Positions 57,966 to 64,000 of a stretch of DNA of 64,000 nucleotides are shown one piece after another. How positions within the stretch are numbered: position 1 is the stretch's first letter; each line of letters begins with the position of its first letter. This DNA comes from Octopus vulgaris (Eukaryota). Under the pieces are notes generated by a model that saw only the letters and a program-made list of their open reading frames with translations, made no database searches and had not been told where the DNA came from. The stretch is from assembly GCA_951406725.2 (NCBI GenBank), contig OX597832.1:12090001-12154000 (forward strand). Direction: 5' to 3'. Position numbers and translations under genes: made by a program.

Positions 57966-58079
57966 ATGATAAAAATATATTTTATTAAAAATATTTTATT
58001 GAAAAATTCGAAGCGCCATTATGATTTTTTTATCATCATCATCATCATCGTCATCATCATCATCATCATTATTATAATA

Positions 58080-58133
<54 letters not shown>

Positions 58134-58663
58134 ATTTTTATTATTCTATTATGTCTGTGCTTGTGTGTAGGCGTATGGGTGTGTGTGTGTGTGCGTCGAA
58201 AGATACAGCAGAAAGAATTCCTATATCGAAGATATGTAGCGATCGATGCTAATATTTACGTTAGAGCGAGAAGACATATCTATGTTCACACCTATAGACA
58301 TACAAAATATATTCATTGCATCATTTTTTTTTCCTTCGTACTTATGCACGTACATATGTTTTATTTGTTGTGTTTTCCTTTGCCATATACACATACACAC
58401 ACATAGGTTTTTATATATATATAGAGAGAGATATGGGGGTGTATGGCCTAAGTTCTTTTTTAAGTGACTTCAAAGCAAAGAAATTTGACTAAATAGGAAG
58501 AATAATTCGGGACGCTAAAATGATTACACATTTAGTCAGAAACGTGGAAACCATATAGGTTTCTATACTGCATGTGATTACAAATATCTTCTTTCCATAG
58601 ATACAGAATGCAAGGTCATGTGCAGGCTCACATATACTTAGCACTATGAAACACAGGCTTATT

Positions 58664-59026
<363 letters not shown>

Positions 59027-59130
59027 TTAATCCAAACAATAAAACACAGAAAAAAGAAAAAAAAGAAAAAAACACAGTTTTTTTCATATCATTGTGAAAA
59101 GAGAATGTACATATAGGGCTATTTATATAT

Positions 59131-59296
59131 AGACGTAGGAGTGGCTCGTTGGTAAGTAGCTTACTTAGCAGCCACGTGGTTTCGGGTTCAGTCCCACTGC
59201 GTCCCACATCGGGCAAGTGTCTTCTAGTATAGCCTCGGGCCGACCAAAGCCTTGTGAATGGATTTGGTAAACGGAAACTAAAAGAGGCCCGTCGCA

Positions 59297-59354
<58 letters not shown>

Positions 59355-59580
59355 GTGTGTGGGTGGGTGTGTGTGTGTGTATGGTTGTGTGCCTGTGTTT
59401 GTCCTCCCAGCATCGCTTGAAAACTGATGCTGTTGTGTTTACGTCCACGTAACCTAGCGGTTCGGCAAAAGTGTCCGATAGAATAAGTACTAGGCTTCCA
59501 AAAAATAAGTAATGGGATTGATTTGCTCCACCATGGCCACAGTCACATGACTGAAACAAGTAAAAAAGTAAAAAGGTAAG
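59131..59580 (+). mobile_element. SINE family A, near full length
   Basis: A-box-like tggctcgttggt, B-box-like ggttcagtccc, gggcaagtgtcttc, internal (TA)n(TG)n, tail gactgaaacaagtaaaaaagtaaaaag. Confidence 0.9.
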
Positions 59581-59642
59581 GAGTATATATATAGTTAGAG
59601 TTATAAATAAGATAGACAGACAGAAAATAGACAGACAGATAA

Positions 59643-59711
<69 letters not shown>

Positions 59712-60389
59712 CATAGAAACACAGAAAGACAGAAATGCAAACACCCGCTGACACAGACAGTCAAAGAGACTCATAGTCATTGGCAGTGAAACTGGAACCT
59801 GATACTACAATAACTTACTTGTTTAATACTTAGACGCTGAGAATGAAATTTACTTCAAGAATGATGCTGAAATGTCAAAAGGCAAAGCAGCATAGTTGTC
59901 ACTAATTGCTATGTTTAATAATAAACGAATTCGTATTCTATGCAGTGTAATATTCGTAGCTTTTATATATCATAAAGCAATCACAGAATGCCATACTGAA
60001 AAGTGTAACTTTGAAATATGTCTGCATTCATTGGTATGTATATATGTATGATTGTATGTATGTATGTATGTATCTATTTATATATCTATCAATCTATCTG
60101 TCTCTCTATCTATGAAAACATGGGTGCGTTTGTGTATATATGTATATGCATATATTGATATCAGTCTCCGTTCGTCGGTAGAGCGAATTTAATATAGTAT
60201 TATTTAGTATACTCGAAGATATATATAAATATAATATTCCTGAAAAGACACACTATGACATAAACATCTGTTTGAAATATATTAAACACCCACATACGCT
60301 CTCTCGCACACAGAGACGAATATTCAAGCAAACGCTCAATCACAAACACTTGTGTATGTATCTATAACACCGTATCTGTCTGCGTATGT

Positions 60390-60412
60390 ATACACACACG
60401 CACTCACACTTG

Positions 60413-60446
<34 letters not shown>

Positions 60447-60487
60447 CATGTATGTGTATATCTGTATATATACATATATGTATTATA

Positions 60488-60533
<46 letters not shown>

Positions 60534-60608
60534 CATACATAAATATATATACATATATATATGTATGTATATATATATACATACATATATATATATATAT
60601 GTATATAT

Positions 60609-60657
<49 letters not shown>

Positions 60658-60857
60658 TGTATGTATGTATGTACCAGAGATGGCAGCAGATGTGTACAAT
60701 CATTTGTGCTTTAGATAAATAGATTTGACGTACTTTACTAAATCTCTTTACCATCTGATTACACGTTTCTCGGCATTCTTCTTTGACTCTCCTAATTCCG
60801 TCTGCATTCTAATCCCATCCGCGTTATCTACCTTATATTTAGAACGAGCATACTTCC

Positions 60858-60907
<50 letters not shown>

Positions 60908-60934
60908 TTATATATACATACGTATATATATATT

Positions 60935-61018
<84 letters not shown>

Positions 61019-61035
61019 TATATAAAATATATAAA
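60390..61035. repeat. (TA)n-rich microsatellite blocks
   Basis: Seen directly; unique spacer at about 60680-60860. Confidence 0.85.
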
Positions 61036-61435
61036 ATGTAGAAAAACGTAATGGTGGAAAATAAATCAGTGGGACAGATAGACGTTATAAAGACGGACAG
61101 GGAAAAACAGAGGGACAGTAAAATAAACAAGGACGGGCCATTCGTGCTCTTATCTCCTTAGTAGAGTTTCCAGATTGTACGTACAGTTTCGGACAGTCAC
61201 ACTTGAGAATATTTAAATATGGTTGCCCTGAAGCAGTCTAAGCTACGAGCATTAAATTTGTATTGTGAGAAAGCAAGCGAATGTGTAGGACAACAAAGAG
61301 AAAAGACGGAGAACATGCTACACAATTACAAATACAAACAACAAGAAAATAACAATAGGTATATTTCGCCTAATAAAGACGAATGAAATTTTGCTGGCGT
61401 GTATAGAGTGAAAGACTTGAGACAGGGACATAGGA

Positions 61436-61600
61436 GATGGATATAGGAGAAGAGGAGGAAGATGAAAGAGAATGGGAAGGAGAGGAAGAAGAAGAAATAG
61501 GAGTAGAGAAAAAAGAATTGGGAGAAGAGGACGAAGATGAAGAAGAAGACGTAGAAGAAGAAGAAGGAGAAGAAGAAGAAGGAAAAACGAGGAAGAATAA
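61436..61600. repeat. Purine-rich (GAA/GAG) low-complexity tract
   Basis: Seen directly. Confidence 0.8.
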
Positions 61601-62808
61601 GTACACAGGTGCAGTATGACACTAGGGGGTTGTTGAAGTTCTCTTAAGTGGCCAAGTGACGTAAAAGTCACCATTTGTGTTTACAGTAGATATTGATTTT
61701 GATATTTGCGTGGGTATTATTCTAAGGCCCCTTTTAGTAGTTTCATCTCTGGTCTCAAAACGGGTTTATATTTTGCCATAAAATATGAGTCTCTGCTCAT
61801 ACGCTGATAATAGGTTGCATCGTCCTTGAATTTATAGAGGGAACAATTCTGAAGTTGGGTTGTTCGTTAGTGGTGCAAACGTCGATGCATTCAGTAAGCG
61901 CTATTTTTCTGTATTCCCGAATTTTAACCTGAAATCTAATTTAGTGTCATAACTACTTGTCGAGCCATCACAAATTAAAATAAAGACTGAAAAAAACGAA
62001 AATGTCCCATGTATTTGAAAACCATGGAAAGATTTTAAAGAAACATTTCATTTCATTTTTCCACAATTCATTTTTTTTTTTTTGCAGTTGAAAAAATCGC
62101 AGGCTGAACCTGGTACTAAAATTTCTTCATTATAAAAATTATTTTAGCATCTTCTTCTTTGTCCTATTTTCCTTATACATGTCATCTCGTGTGTTTCTTT
62201 TGAACCTTCTACACACACACACACACACACACATGCAGAGGCACACACACATACACACACATATGTATAGCTCTATTCAATACTACCAGTCAAAAGACTT
62301 TACTTAAATTACTCATTCATTTCACTCCCGTATGATTTTTTTTCTTTTTCCCTTCTTTTATTCCTGATTTCTCTCTACATTTATACTCTCCACTACTACT
62401 GTGCTCTCTACACATTTTGATTGAATCTTCCACGGGTTAAATCGTATCTCCTTGCGACAATGTAAAACTTTCATTTAATCAAGCTATCCCTGGTCTGACC
62501 AGTAGCCTGAAGTACACACCTCGCTTGGATATTTACCATTTCCCTGGTTCAGCTTACTACGAAAGACATGTAGCCCTGATTTTATCTATTCTATCTCATA
62601 ACTCTTGTATTATTCGCATATCCGGCAACTCTGATCTCCTACGGCGAAATATGAAAAGAACTTTTTTCAGTTTATCATGCTACGATACGAAAACATCCAA
62701 AACTTCCCGTTTCATTTTACCACTATTCTCCTTAAAAGATTTTTTTTTTAATATTTACTACGGATTGCTTGAAGCTAACTTTTTCTTACAACTCGTTCTT
62801 TGAATCTT

Positions 62809-62812
<4 letters not shown>

Positions 62813-62875
<63 letters not shown>

Positions 62876-63014
62876 GTATATATGTATATATATATGTATA
62901 TATGTATGTATATATGTATATATGTATATATATATGTATATATGTATATATATATGTATATATATATGTATATATGTATATATATATGTATATATGTATA
63001 TATGTATATATATG

Positions 63015-63045
<31 letters not shown>

Positions 63046-63058
63046 GTATATATATATG

Positions 63059-63107
<49 letters not shown>

Positions 63108-63152
63108 GTATATATATATATGTATATATTTATATATATATATATATATACA
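62813..63152. repeat. (TA)n/(TATG) microsatellite
   Basis: Seen directly. Confidence 0.95.
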
Positions 63153-63153
63153 T

Positions 63154-63365
63154 AGTTAATCTAAACATGAAAACACAAAGAGAAAACACAACAACGCGAG
63201 GACGTGGAGCAAGTATAGTATGAGTGGACGCTCAGGAAAGAAGGAAAGAAGTAGGGGTCAACGTTTCGAGCGGAGCTCTTCGTCAGAAACATATGAAAAG
63301 GAAAGATCCAAAGAAGAGAAGACGGAGGATAAAAAATCGCCAACGGTGCATACGCGGTCACACAC
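63154..63365 (-). mobile_element. Penelope-type non-autonomous element with a minimal hammerhead motif (63257-63290)
   Basis: Minus strand reads gttt-CTGACGA-a-gagc-tcc-gctc-GAAAC-GTT-gacc; homologous to 32800-33000; lies between (TA)n and (CA)n. Confidence 0.75.
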
Positions 63366-64000
63366 ACACACATATATATATGAGATAGAGAGATTGAAGT
63401 TGATTGATAGATAGACAAATAGATAAAGGGATAGATAGAAGCTAGTATAAGGGAGGAGCGCGCCAATACAGTATTCAAGATCTCTGTCCTTGTCAGAAGA
63501 GTAGAATTATGCCATCCAGAGATTGATTCAAAGGATTGGCAAATCTTAAAGGTACACGTTTTCCAAATATAACATTTTACTAAGAAACTAGTTTTCGACA
63601 TCAGGAAATAAAATCGTTTCCGCATAACTGAGAATTGAACATGCTAACAACTATGGCCATTAATTTATCAATGAATTTGTGAGATATTTTGACAAGCTGC
63701 TGATTGTATCAGCATTTACGTCATTTGAAATAATTATAAACATCATACTTTGTTCATTTAATTGACAGTAAATTGGTTTCTAACAAAATTCCTTTTATGT
63801 TTTAATTAAACAATATTTATACTGTCACCACCAGTTAATTCTCAGTTGAGACAAACATTTAAGATTTTAGTGGATCATAAAAAAGGTGTGTATGACTTTG
63901 ATGAGTTTCTACAATCATTAACCCCGTAATTGTAATCATTTTGTGATAAACAAGAATTGATATTGTGGTAATAATTCTGAAAACAATCTGGTACTAAGTG

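Overview
Eukaryotic, very AT-rich non-coding DNA saturated with (TA)n, (CA)n, (TATC)n, (TACA)n and trinucleotide microsatellites. The repeat landscape resembles an octopus/coleoid cephalopod genome; this is my inference from SINE families recognised by eye. Nearly all listed ORFs are microsatellite translations, and I found no host protein-coding gene I can support. The window holds three families of tRNA-type SINEs (my labels A, B, C), a 5'-truncated RTE LINE with a triple C2H2 tail, a decayed RTE reverse transcriptase, a decayed HERO-like (RLE) non-LTR element, and mariner-like and hAT-like MITEs. The two most interesting signals are (i) short, microsatellite-embedded, Penelope-type elements carrying minimal type I hammerhead ribozyme motifs, one with an intact core at 56960-57002, and (ii) a polypyrimidine-AG|GTAAGT recursive-splice-like site at 15367-15374 with a downstream donor defining a 125-nt RS-exon. 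All alignments were done by eye and boundaries are approximate.
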